A DNA stretch of 64,000 bases. Source: Caecitellus pseudoparvulus (Eukaryota; Protista; Bigyra: Bicosoecida). The position numbers and the translations under genes were made by a program. Positions 48,171 to 59,800 of the stretch are shown here, in pieces. Each line of letters begins with the position of its first letter. Positions within the stretch are counted from its first letter, which is position 1. Under the pieces are notes generated by a model. It saw nothing but the letters and a program-made list of their open reading frames with translations, searched no databases and was not told where the DNA came from. Where the stretch lies: positions 124,001 through 188,000 of the forward strand of contig CBFFRQ010000079.1 in NCBI GenBank assembly GCA_965644315.1, in the 5' to 3' direction.

Positions 48171-49476
48171 ATGGCGGCGGCTGCCCGCCGCATCAGTGCT
48201 CTGGCCAGCGCCTCAGAGCCGGCTGTGGCCTCCGCTGCCAAGAGAAGCTCAGACGACGATGTGGTTGTTGTGTCTGCCTTGCGCACGGCCATTTGCAAGG
48301 CAAAGCGAGGCGCCTTCAAGGATACTAGCCCTGATGTGCTCCTTTCAACTGTCATGAAAGCTGTTCTGGATGGCTCTGGCTTTCCGGCTGAAGAGCTCGG
48401 GGACATCTGCGTTGGTAGGGGAGACAACAAAGGCACTGCACCTAGCTACACCCCACCCGCTTGCGCCCTGCGTACACGCAGGCAATGTTCTTCAGCCCGG
48501 TGGAGGGGCGATCATGGCTCGTATTGCCCAGTTTTCCGCGGGTATCCCCGAGTCCGTTCCTTTGAGCTCGGTGAATCGGCAGTGCAGCTCCGGCTTGCAG
48601 GCTGTGATGAATGTGGTGGGGTCAATTCTGGCAGGAACTTGCCACGCTGGGCTGGGCTGTGGGGTTGAGAGCATGTCCAAACGCAGCATGACAGACCCAG
48701 CCAACATGCCGGATGTGGACTTTGATGAGCTCGGTCGTAACCAGAAGGCTGCCGACTGCCTGCTACCGATGGGGATCACGTCGGAGAATGTAGCTGAAAA
48801 GTTCGGAGTGGACAGGGCCACCCAAGACGCGTTCGCAGCGGGCAGCCAAGCAAGGGCAGCTGAGGCCCAGCAGCAAGGGCTGTTTGCCGCCGAAATCGTC
48901 CCAGTCCACGTAGAGGGAGCCGCTGAGGCTGTCGTGGACGACGACGGAATCCGGCCTGGGACTACGCAGGAGAAGCTGAGCAAACTCCGACCCGCTTTCA
49001 AGCCGGACGGAACAACGACAGCTGGAAACTCCAGCCAGGTGTCAGATGGTGCAGCCGCTGTGCTGGTCATGCGGCGGTGGATGGCTAAGAAGCATGGGCT
49101 GCCCGTCTTGGGCGTCGTTCGGTCCTACTCAGTGGTAGGCGTCGACCCCAGCCTCATGGGCATCGGGCCTGCAGTGGCAATTCCAGAAGCCATCAAGAAG
49201 GCAGGCATCAGCCTGGAGGATGTCGACATCTTTGAAATCAACGAGGCATTTGCGTCCCAGGCGGCCTACTGTGTCAAGCACCTGAACATCCCAGCTGAGA
49301 AAGTCAACCCGCTGGGGGGTGCCATTGCCTTGGGACACCCACTGGGATGCACTGGAGCACGCATGGTAGCGACATTGCTGCACCAGATGAAGCGCCGCAA
49401 AGCTCGGTATGGCGTCGTGTCCATGTGCATCGGCACAGGCATGGGCGCCGCAGCAGTGTTCGAGCACGAAGTTTAA
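48171..49476 (+). CDS. ACAA1: 3-ketoacyl-CoA thiolase (peroxisomal type)
   Basis: NRQCSSGLQA, MGITSENVA, TTAGNSSQVSDGAAA, EINEAFASQ, GGAIALGHPLGCTGAR, SMCIGTGMGAAA; intron 48415-48481. Confidence 0.95.
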
Positions 49477-49515
49477 ACTCGCAATGCATTCGAAACAAGT
49501 CGGACACTACGTCCC

Positions 49516-51757
49516 CTACAACATCACAACCAAAGCAGCCAGTGCTTGTACAAGCTGAGGCTTACCGGCAAGCTTGGCCTTCTGGGCGTCGTCAAGCTCC
49601 TCCCCTGCTGCCTGCCGCTCCTCGATCGCAGCCACCTGGCGGAGCTTCTTCTCAATCTTGCGCTTCTCCTTTGCAGCTTGCTCAGGGGTCATGTCAGCAG
49701 GGTCATCTGGGCGCGGCTCTGCTGGCGCAGGGGCGGGAGAGGGTGCGCTTCCGCCACCACCCCCTCGCTTCTTACGTCTGCCACCAGCAGCGCGACCTCC
49801 CACTGGCCCCCCTCCCGAGCCAGGCGGCCCAGACCTCTGTGAGGCGGGAATGTAGCGCCCCGCACTGATCTTGCCAGCAGCAGACGAAGTAGACCCAAGA
49901 CCGGAGCTAGCTGCCGTCGACCCGGCAGCGCCTCTGGGCCTGTACTTCGCAGTTGCTGTGGTTGTGGACACCTCTGCAGCAGGAATGCCTTCCACCGCAG
50001 GCTCAGGCTCTGGGAAAGTCCCAGGCAGCGCCGGGCGCCACGACGCCGAATGGAGCCTTGGGAACTCCAGAATCGCCACAGGCCCCTCTCCGTAGTGAGT
50101 GTACACGCGCGCCTTGTTGTCGGTCTTCATGCGGTGATACTCGGTGTTTACGAGGAACCACTTGCCATCTGGGGAAAAGGCGCCTGTGAGCGGGAAAGAG
50201 CGGGAAAGGAGAGGTGCAAGAGGGGGGGGGGGGGGGTGTAAACATGTGCCGAGACACAAGACAGGGCGCTGTTGGGTCAGACTCGGGTGGGCACCACTGG
50301 CTTATAGGGGCCACCTCCCAAACGTTTCATAGTCGATCAATTGGGGAAAGAATGTAGCATCACCCCCAACAGGCGCGTGAGAGCTTAGGACACTGGACAC
50401 AAACGCGCTCACTCACAGTCGTTCACCATGTCAATCTTTGTCGAGCCAAGCCTCCGCTCGGTTTTGACATCCCAGAAGTCCACGCCGCCTGCCATTCCAG
50501 CGAAGCCTCCGAGGGCCAAGAAACGACCACATGGAGCCCACTTGACAGTGTTACGGTACAGGTTGCCGAAAGAGAAGATGGGTTTTCCGGTGCGCGAGTG
50601 CATGGTGCACTTCGGCGGCGAGTTGCCAGCTATGACCACGAAGCGCTTGCTGTCCGGACACCATGCAACATCGTGAAGTGCCTGCCCAGGACTGATCTCG
50701 GCTGCCGCCGCGCCGTCAGCAGCAAGAAGCACAAGGCTAGTGTCTCCGTAGTAGGAATCGCCCGAATCAGACATAACATGCGCGAGAAGGGCTGTGCCGT
50801 CTGGAGCCCAATGGTATGTGGCCCCGTCAACCTTCATGACGCTTCGGGCTGCAACTGCTTGGGGAAGCTTCAGGTTGGGGTACCGGTACAACGCAACGCA
50901 GCCAGGCTTGCCTTTGGCAGGCCGACGGGCGATGGCGATGGTGTACGGGGCAGCACCGGGCCCAATTGAGTAGCCAGCGAACGCTGGGATCGTCATGACC
51001 GTATCTGGTGCAGAGGGCACAAAACCAGCCGCTGGGTAGAAGCCCAGCCTTCCATTCGCAGCTCGTGTGACGAAGGCTTCGTCAGGGGTCCACTGCAAGG
51101 AGGGCCAGACCTCAGTTGAGAGGTGTTTCTGCTTGAACGCACCAACCTTGTCACCCCCCTGTGCCGTCCAAACGACGAGGTTTTCTGAGACGGCGGGGGC
51201 TAGCGAAGTGAGGCACGGCGCACTGCAGGGGGGGTGTGCAAGCATGGACGAAAGCTGTGCGCTGTTGGGTCAGACTCGGGTGGGCACCACTGGCTTATAG
51301 GGGCCACCTCCCAAACGTTTCATAGTCGATCAATTGGGGAAAGAATGTAGCATCACCCCCAACAGGCACACGCAAGTGGGTGTCAGGCACAGCACGCACC
51401 TTCGTCATCAGATGGTTTGTGCCACGTCAGCAAGTACGTCCCACGTGGCGAGAAATGCATAGCTTGAACCTTTGCTTGAGGGATGGCTGTCACAGTCTCT
51501 CGCGAAACGGAGTCCACGATGAGCACTTCGGAGGCTGTGGCCAGCGCCAGCCACCTGCCGTCCGGAGAGTACGCCACGCTCTCTGCAGCGGCCAGCGGGC
51601 TCCCTCCGTCTGACAGAGAACACTTCGAAGAGGACGACTCTGTCAACTCATAAACGCTGGTTCCCTGCACGATGGCGTGAACGCAGTCAGGGACAGCCGT
51701 GAGACGGAAGCATCGAGCGGAACAACGCACCTCATGATGGCGGACTGTCAGCTGCAT
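49516..51757 (-). CDS. EIF2A: eukaryotic translation initiation factor 2A
   Basis: FSPRGTYLLTW, WPSLQWTPDE, SYYGDTSL, RNTVKWAPCGRFLALGGFAGMAGGVDFWD, C-terminal KIEKKLRQVAAIEERQAAGEELDDAQKAKL; three introns. Confidence 0.93.
50269..50372 (-). ncRNA. SNORD12: intronic box C/D snoRNA, SNORD12/snR190-like (copy in eIF2A intron 3)
   Basis: Terminal stem CTGTTGGG/CCCAACAG, box C GTGATG, D' TTGA preceded by guide TTCTTTCCCC (antisense to LSU GGGGAAAGAA), box D CTGA; same strand as host gene. Confidence 0.85.
51262..51365 (-). ncRNA. SNORD12: intronic box C/D snoRNA, SNORD12/snR190-like (copy in eIF2A intron 2)
   Basis: 104-nt sequence identical to 50269-50372, while the flanking intron sequence differs. 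Confidence 0.85.
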
Positions 51758-52267
51758 GCCAAGCACTGCGAAGAGGGCAGAAGTGAGCGGTGTCCATGCT
51801 GTTGCTCGATAACGTGAGCAACTTGGGTAGGAGTGGCCTGTCAGCACGCACAGGCAGACTCGGAAGAGGCAGCCGCCATGGCAATATGCCGTACGAGTAA
51901 TTCCGCACCGCAGCATGAAACCGGGCCTGGGCACACAGGATCCTGAGGTGGGGGGGAAAGAAGTGACCAGGATGTTTATTTTGTCTGTGGCCGAACATTA
52001 GACAGAAAGCCTGAACGCCGGCGAAGATGCCAGTGGGGGGGCTGCCTGAAGCCTGACGGGCCTTTCAAGCGTCAGCCTGACCTCAGCGGCACACGCGTAG
52101 GTGGGGGGGGACGGAGTGCAAGTTTCCCCCGGACACTTTCCACAAACTTGCACTGCAGGCTGTGCACCCCCCGCTGCATCCTACACAGCAGCAAGTGGCC
52201 GGGCTGCGCTCCCATTGCCGCCCAACTGCCCCAGCAGGCCTATTCCCGCAGTCCCACCTCACTCAAC

Positions 52268-55036
52268 ATGGACGGCGCCTCCAGCACGCTGCAGTGGCTG
52301 CAGCACCTCCCATCCGCATACACTGAGTGCGTTTATGTCCTGGAGTTCCTTTCCACGTGCTTGTTTGGTGTCAAAGGCTTGGAACTGGCCCCTGCGTCGC
52401 CCCACCCTGTTTCCACAACGCTCACTTCGTCCCGCCCTCTCCCAGGTGGTGGTGGAACGAGCTGCAGACCAACCCGATGCATGTGTACATCGAGACATTC
52501 TTGCTGCTTCTAGCTGCCTATATCTTGCTCTTCAAGCGCCAGTATGACCCTGCCAAGAAGTACGTTGGTCAGAGGCGCCGTGACACCCCAAACTCCGCTC
52601 ACACCCCACCCTCCCTCGCGGACTTCCCCTTGCAGAGGGCATGGGGCGAGGAAGCCTGCTCCTCTCTCCGACCAAGAGATGGCAGAGATCCTCGATGAGT
52701 GGGAGCCCGAGCCGCTGGGTGCGTTCCGACAAACCGGTGGCTGCCGTGCCCTGCTGACCACACCCGCTCCCCTGGCCACCAACGCAGTGCCGGCAGCATT
52801 TTCGAAGCTGCGAGCAAACATGCGCGACGCACCCAACGCGGTTGTGGTTGAAGAGGCGCTTGATGATGGAAAGCAGCTGCTTGTGGAAGGCTCTGTGCAG
52901 CCTGTTCTCAACTGTGGCTCCAAGGATTTCTTGGCCCTCTCTTGCCACCAGAGCGTGAAGGCGGCGGCTGTGGCAACGATGGAGGAGTACACGTACGGCT
53001 CTTGTGGGCCGCGCGGATTCTATGGCTCCACGATGAAGCATTTGGAGCTGGAGGCTGCTCTGGCGGACTTCATGGGCACCCCCGAGAGCATCACGTACTC
53101 TGACGCAACAGCTGCGGTGGCCTCTGCCATCCCGGCCTTTAGCAAGCGCGGAGACTTGCTCGTTGTGGACGACGGCGCCAACCACGCCATGCAGACTGGA
53201 ATTAGACTCTCTCGATCTACTGTAGTGACGTACAAGCACAATGACCTGGCGGACTTGGAGCGCGTGCTAGCTGACCTGGCCAAGCAGGACGCCAAGGCGC
53301 CGGGCCGTGCTGAGCAGCACCGACGCTTCATTGTGTTCGAGGGCCTCTCCGCGACGTGGGGGGACGTGGCTCCCCTCCCTGGCATTGTGGAGCTTGCTGC
53401 CAAGTTCAAGCTGCGCACCATCATGGACGACAGTCTGGGTTGGGGCGTGCTGGGCAGTAGTGGCCGCGGCACCGCAGAGTACCACGGACTGCACACAGAG
53501 GCAGTTGATGTGACCATCGGGTCCCTGTCGTCAACGTTGGCATCCCCAGGTGGCTTCGTAGTGGGATCACGTGACGTGACGGACCACCAGCGCCTGTCTG
53601 GCGCGGGGTACGTCTTCTCCGCCTCCACTCCTCCCTCCCTCTGTGCCACCGCCATCCAGGCCCTCACTGTGCTGCGCACGCAGCCAGAGCTGCTCGAGGC
53701 TCTGAAGGCTTCCAGCAAGGCGCTGAAGGCTGCTGTAGTGAAGGCTGGAGAGCGGGCCGCCCTGCCAGCACAGGCCGTGAAGGCTGTACAGCAGCTTGCT
53801 TCCCAGGAAGGCTTGGACACCACAGCCAAGCTTGCCAGTGGTCTCTGGCGAGTGGTGTCTTGCGGTGAATCCCCTGTGGCCATCGTGACCTTGGTGGGTG
53901 CTCCTGTCCTTGCTGTGCGGGCAGTCGCCTCGGCCGTAGGCATCTACCGCCAAGCCCAAGACAAGGCTGCCGCTCGCCGTGCAGCCCGCAACCTGGCCAC
54001 GCCTCACGCGGCGCGCAGCCTGGTAGAGAGCCTGCCGCGCTCTGATGGGTCTTTCTTCCGCCCCGCTGCCGCGGCCACGACTGAGGAGGCTGCCGCGCTG
54101 ATCAGCAATGCTGCCGCTGCTACTTCTTTGCCAGCCGGCTCCACCGCTGACTATGCGGCTGGGATGTTGAGTCTGGCCGCTGAAAGCGCAGAGCTGGAGG
54201 TCATTCTTGACGCCATCGTCCGTGAGGCTGTTGCTGAGGGTGTGCTGTTCACCAGAGCTCACACAGTTCCGGGGGACAACCTGGGCTCGCTGCCTGCACT
54301 TCGCGTCAGTGTCAAGAGCAACTTCGACAAGGCTGACATCGACAAGGCCACGCTCGCTCTGACCCATGCAGTGCAGGTAGTCACTGAGAAGTACGTCGCC
54401 CTCGCTGTGGAACGCATCGCCGCGATCCGCAAAGCATGCAGCGTGCTGCTGGCTGAAGGTGCAGTTACGGTCGCATCGGCGGGGGAGGAGGACGGCTGGT
54501 GCCCTCCGCCAGTGCTCCTGCACGTGTCTGCCCTGACAGATGTGCCCTCTGTTGCCCGGGCCATAGACTCGGCCACCGCCCGGCAAAGCGACGTCCTGTA
54601 CGCAGACCCGCTCGTAAATGCGCAGCTGTACAGCAAGGGCAGCACGCCAGCCTCTCGAAAGGCCTCCGATGCGGCAGCCAGCGCCGCTTCTATTGCCCGT
54701 GAGGCAGACACCATCCAGAAAGAGTGCTTGCAGTACGAAGCCGACGCAAGCAAGCACACCGGCCGCGTGAACCTGTCTGTCGTGACGCCCCCCACCATCA
54801 ACATGTGGCTGAAGTCACCACCGCCAGCGCCAGTCCTGAGCCCCCTGCCGCCCGTCCCGAAGGCAGCAGAGGGAGGCAGCGATGGTGAGGAGCCTTCAGA
54901 CCCCACGGTGGCTGCCGGGGAGGCTGGGAGTGGGGATTCCGATGGTGAATCCGCGCCTCTCAGCCCCTCTCGCCAGCACAAGGTGACAAGCATCCCCCGC
55001 CGCCGCTCTGCACGGCTCAGCGGGAAACACCGCTGA
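52268..55036 (+). CDS. SPTLC1: serine palmitoyltransferase subunit 1 (LCB1) with long C-terminal extension
   Basis: N-terminal TM HVYIETFLLLLAAYILLF, EILDEWEPEPL, YTYGSCGPRGFYGS, IPAFSKRGD, HQRLSGAGYVFSAS; no PLP-binding Lys (GSLSSTLAS), as expected for LCB1; two 5' introns. Confidence 0.93.
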
Positions 55037-55306
55037 GGCTGCAGCAGCTGCTGAATGCACGCCATGCATGATCCGGGCACTCCCTTTCCGCGCATGCACG
55101 GTACCCGTGTGAGGCAGGCAAAGGGACCTTTCTCCGGATTGCTCACCGCGCCCCCTTGCATGGCACGGGCTAAAGCAGGCCACAAAACGGAAGTACTCAA
55201 ATCAACAACCACATGCCCTTACCGTACCCGTAGAGGACTCGCTGTTCATCGTTTGGGTAGCCTGTGCCAGTAAAGTCTTCCCTAGCCCCACCTCCCGAAC
55301 CCAATC

Positions 55307-56617
55307 ATGGCGGCTACAGCTGCCGCAGCACTGAGAGCGGCGGTCAACCCCCGGGACTGGACACTGTCTCAAACCATGCTGCGAGTGAAAGATCCAAAGA
55401 CAGCCCTTCCGTTCTTTGAGCGCTTGGGCTTCCGTCAGATTCAGTGAGCACCAAGTGCCTCGGGCCAAACTCCGCACTTTGTCCCCCACACCCCGCCCGC
55501 GCTTGCTTGGCAGCTTCTTGCACTTTGAGGAGGCCAAGTTTTCGCTCTACTTCCTTGCAACACTGCCAGCTTCCGTTAAAACTCCAGAGGCAGGCACAGA
55601 AGAGGCCATGGCGTGTGCGTCGGCCACTTGCATGTGCCAGAGAACTCGCATACCCGCACAGGGCTCGGCTGAATCCTGCTGCCCCCCCGCAGGGATGAAA
55701 GATTGGGACGGCTGCGTGCTGGAACTCACGCACAACCACGGCACAGAGCAGGAAGAGAAGTCGCCGTACCATAACGGGAACAGCGACCCGCGAGGCTTCG
55801 GACACATCGGTATGCAACAGCTCGGCGTACCCTGCTGGCCAAGCCTCCTCAGCACAAGCCCCCCCCTTCCGCCCGCGCAGGCTTGACCGTGGCTGATGTG
55901 TATGAGACGAGCGCCGATCTTGAGGCTGCTGGCTTCGAGTTTCAAAAGAAGCCAGATGAAGGTGCGTCCGCCAGTCGGCGAAGTACTCCTCATTCGCCGA
56001 GTTGAACACGGCCCGGCACGCCCATCACAGGGAAGATGAAAGGCTTGGCTTTTGTCAAGAGCCCTGACGATGAGTACTGGGTGGAGATCCTGAAGCGAAC
56101 GCCTGGAACGGCAGCGCCAGACATGGGCCCCAGCTTCCAGCAAACCATGCTGCGCGTCCGCGATCCGACCACCAGCGTGAAGTTCTACGAGGATAACTTC
56201 GGCATGACCCTCGTGTCTGTGCGGCACTTTCCAGAGATGCAGTTCTCCCTGTACTTCATGGCTACCATCCCGGAGGGCACGCAGCTGCCTGAGCCTGAGT
56301 CTGACGAGGCGTGGGAGTGGGTGCTAGGTTTCGACGGGGCGACTCTCGAGTTGACTCACAACCACGGCTCGGAGAAGGAAGCTACTTCGCCGTACCACAA
56401 CGGCAACAGCGATCCGCGGGGGTTCGGTCACATTGCATTCAACACAGACAACCTGGAGCATGCTTGTGCAGAGCTTGAGGCCGCTGGTGTCGCCTTCCAG
56501 AAGAAGCCTCACGAGGGCCGGATGAAGACCATCGCCTTCGCAAAAGACCCCGACGAGTACTGGATTGAGATCATCCAGCGACGAACCAGCAAAGGCTTCC
56601 GCCCCACGGCCAAGTGA
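55307..56617 (+). CDS. GLO1: glyoxalase I (lactoylglutathione lyase), tandem two-domain type
   Basis: [45 protein letters not shown] and AF.K.PD.YW.EI each occur twice; four introns in the first half. Confidence 0.95.
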
Positions 56618-56842
56618 GCTTTCAGCTACAAGCCACGCGAGCGAGCACAGGTGATTGCGGAAGGCCCTCAGCCTGAATCCACAGACGCAACGCTGCTGCC
56701 AGCAATTTGAAACCATTGCACAGTACCGCTCGGTCTGATGGCAATGATCCGCTGAGATGTAGGAAGTGAATGCTGCGCGAGACACTCCTCTCTTCGCCCT
56801 CGGCGACGTCGGGTGTGCTTGTCCTGCCACGAGCCAGACAGC

Positions 56843-59800
56843 ATGGCTGCCGCGAGAGCTGTCATTCTGGAGCGGTCAGGGGTGGATGACTTGATTCTCC
56901 TGGACGAAGTCTCTGAAGATGCAGTCTTGGACGTGCTCAAGTCTCGGTACCTGGAGGAAAACATCTACACCTACATCGGTCGGTGCAGTGAAACTCCGCG
57001 TGCCCAAGTTGCAGGGCCCCCCCCGCTTGTGCCTGCCGCCAGCAACAGACGTGGGATGTCGTGGCATGCTTGTCCATGGGTAATGTTTGGCGCTGCTGGC
57101 GTGGGCGCACTCGGCGTGCCTGCCTGGGTGAGGCAGGCTTTGCCCTGCATGTGGTTGGCGTGTTGCCGTGGTGCAGCTGCGAGAGCAGCGCCATTCCGCA
57201 TGAAGCGCATGAACACGCTGCTCCTGCACGCGCCGCCACAGGCCCGGTGTTGATCGCCCTGAACCCATACAAGCTCATTCACAAGGATGGGCTGCCCATC
57301 TACCACCAAAAGTACATTGAGGCGTACAGCGGCAAGCTGCTGCACGAGACACCTCCCCACACCTTCGCTGTCGCTGAGGACACGTACGCTGCCATGCTTC
57401 GCAACGACCAGAGCCAGTGCGTGCTGATCACTGGCGAAAGTGGGGCAGGGAAGACCGAGTGCTCCAAGCAAATCATGCAGTACTTGGCCGCTGTGTCGAC
57501 GCAAGGGCGAGACGCGGGCACCTGGGCCGAGACTGAGCGAGTCAAAGCAGCCCTGCTGGAGTCCAACCCCTTGCTGGAGGCGTTCGGCAACGCCAAGACG
57601 GTGCGAAACAACAACTCCTCGCGGTTTGGAAAGTACATGTCCCTTCTCTTTGACTACGACGGCGTCGTCCGTGGCGGGCACGTGCGTAACTACCTGTTGG
57701 AGAAGAGCCGCATCACAGCCCAGGCGGAGGAGGAGCGCAATTTCCACATCTTCTACCAGCTGCTCACTTCGGCAGCCGCTGGTGTGAGGGGTGCCCCCTC
57801 CACCGCGTCCCTCAAGCTGCAGGGCGCGGATGCGTACAGGTACCTGACCAACGGCCCTCAGACTGTGCCTGGCCACTGCGACAAGGAAGAGTTTGGCGAG
57901 GTGGTGCAGGCCATGACCACTTTGGGCATCGATGCAGGGCAGCAGGGAGAGATTTGGCGTCTGCTGGCCTCCATCCTGGCGCTGGGAAACATCACGTTCA
58001 CGGAGCGTCCCGGAGCAGGCGGCACTGGTAAGCCACCAGGCAGCGAAGTGGACAAGACGGGTGCTTCTGGGGACGCCCTGGCTGCTGTGGCCTTCCTGCT
58101 CGGCATCGATGCCGGGCGAGTGGAGAAGGCCCTGACTACCCGCAAGTTCGGGGGACAGGCGACTGGTGGGCGAGCAGGCCGCAAGGCCAGCATTTACGAT
58201 GTCTTGTTGGACGTGCCGGCAGCAACCTTCACCAGGGACTCCTTGGCTAAGGCTGCGTACGAGAAGCTGTTCAACTGGGTCGTGGGGGCAGTGAACAGGA
58301 GCATTGCTGTGAGCTCCACGGGCGCAGCTGCAGGCGCAGACAGCTCCAGCCGCTGCATCGGCATCCTGGACATTTACGGCTTCGAAATCTTCACCGTGAA
58401 CTCCTTCGAGCAGCTGTGCATCAACTACGTGAACGAGAAGCTGCAGCAGCTGTTCATCTCGCAGACGCTCAAGGCGGAGCAGGATGAGTACGCACGGGAG
58501 GGCATCGAGTGGACGCCTGTGACATACTTCAACAACGAGGTCGTGTGCAAGCTCATCGATGGCAAGGTGGGCCTGCTGTCCCTCATGGACGACAAGTGTG
58601 CCCAGAAAGATGCCACAGATGAGCAGCTGGTGGGCTCCTTCTCCTCCACGCTCAAGGGCAAGAACGAACACTTCGACGTGCCCAAGCGCGCCACCGCGAC
58701 GGAGTTCCTCATCAAGCATTACGCAGGTGACGTGCAGTACGACGGCCAGGGGTTCCTGGAGAAGAACCGGGACACGCTGTTCACAGACTTGCTGCTGCTA
58801 ATGGGCAGCAGCAAGCTGCCCTTGGTGCAGGAGCTCTTCACGGACACTCGCAGTGAGGAGGAAAAGCGCAAGCGGCCGCCCACGGCGGGCACCCAGTTCA
58901 AGGGGCAAGTGTCCAAGCTCGTCAAGACCCTCAAGGCAGCGTCCCCCCACTACGTCCGCTGCATCAAGCCCAACGCCAGCAAGACCGCTATTAACTTTGA
59001 TGGGGAGCTGGTGCAGCACCAGGCCAAGTACTTGGGGCTGCTGGAAAACATCCGTGTGCGGCGAGCTGGTTTTGTGTTCCGGCAGACCCTCCCCCGCTTC
59101 CTGCACCGGTACAAGTGCCTTTCCAGCGCAACCTTCCCTCAGCACCCAGACGTCGTGCAGGCATGCAAGGGCCTGACCATGGCAGAGACAGTCACGGGGA
59201 TCAAGGGGTACGTGCCTTCTCGTCGAGGCGTGGCGACGGGCGCGGGCGTTGCGGCTGGCGCAGGTGGAGGTGGCGCCGCCACCCCTGCGGCGAAGGGCCC
59301 CCAGGGCGACATCAGTGCAGACAGCCCCCTGCTCCCTGCCTACATTGCCGGCGTAAGGGCGCTGCTGTCAGACCCCAGCGCTGTGTCCATCGACGGCGCA
59401 GCTCTGAAGGAGGGCACTGACTTTGCCATCGGCAAGACCAAGGTCTTCATCCGGGCGCCCTCAACCCTGTTCCAGCTGGAGGCACACCGTTCCAAGCGCA
59501 TCGCCGAACTGGCCACGAAGCTGGAGGCGACAGTGCGCGCCCACCAGGGATACAAGCGCTTCCAGCGCTTCCGTGCCGCGCTCGTCAAGGTGCAGGCTCT
59601 CGGCAGGGGGCACCTGGCTGCTGTCGCATACCAAGCCACTCGGGCCAAAACCATGCGAGTGCAAGCTTTCGCGCGGGGCATGCGCACCCGCAGCAGCACT
59701 GAAGTGCAGCGAGCACGGGCAGACCTGGGCCTGGTGAAGTTCTTTGGCAAGCGCCGCCGCAGGGTAAGCCTGGGCTGGGATGAGACTGTGGCCGACCACT

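Noticed and set aside
50285-50300. 9-nt snoRNA match (GTGGTGCCC) to SSU rRNA GGGCACCAC as a box D guide
   Set aside because: Short, and it does not cover the fifth position upstream of box D
45746-56617. Lipid-metabolism gene cluster (WS/DGAT, thiolase, LCB1)
   Set aside because: Different pathways, interspersed with housekeeping genes; no evidence beyond adjacency
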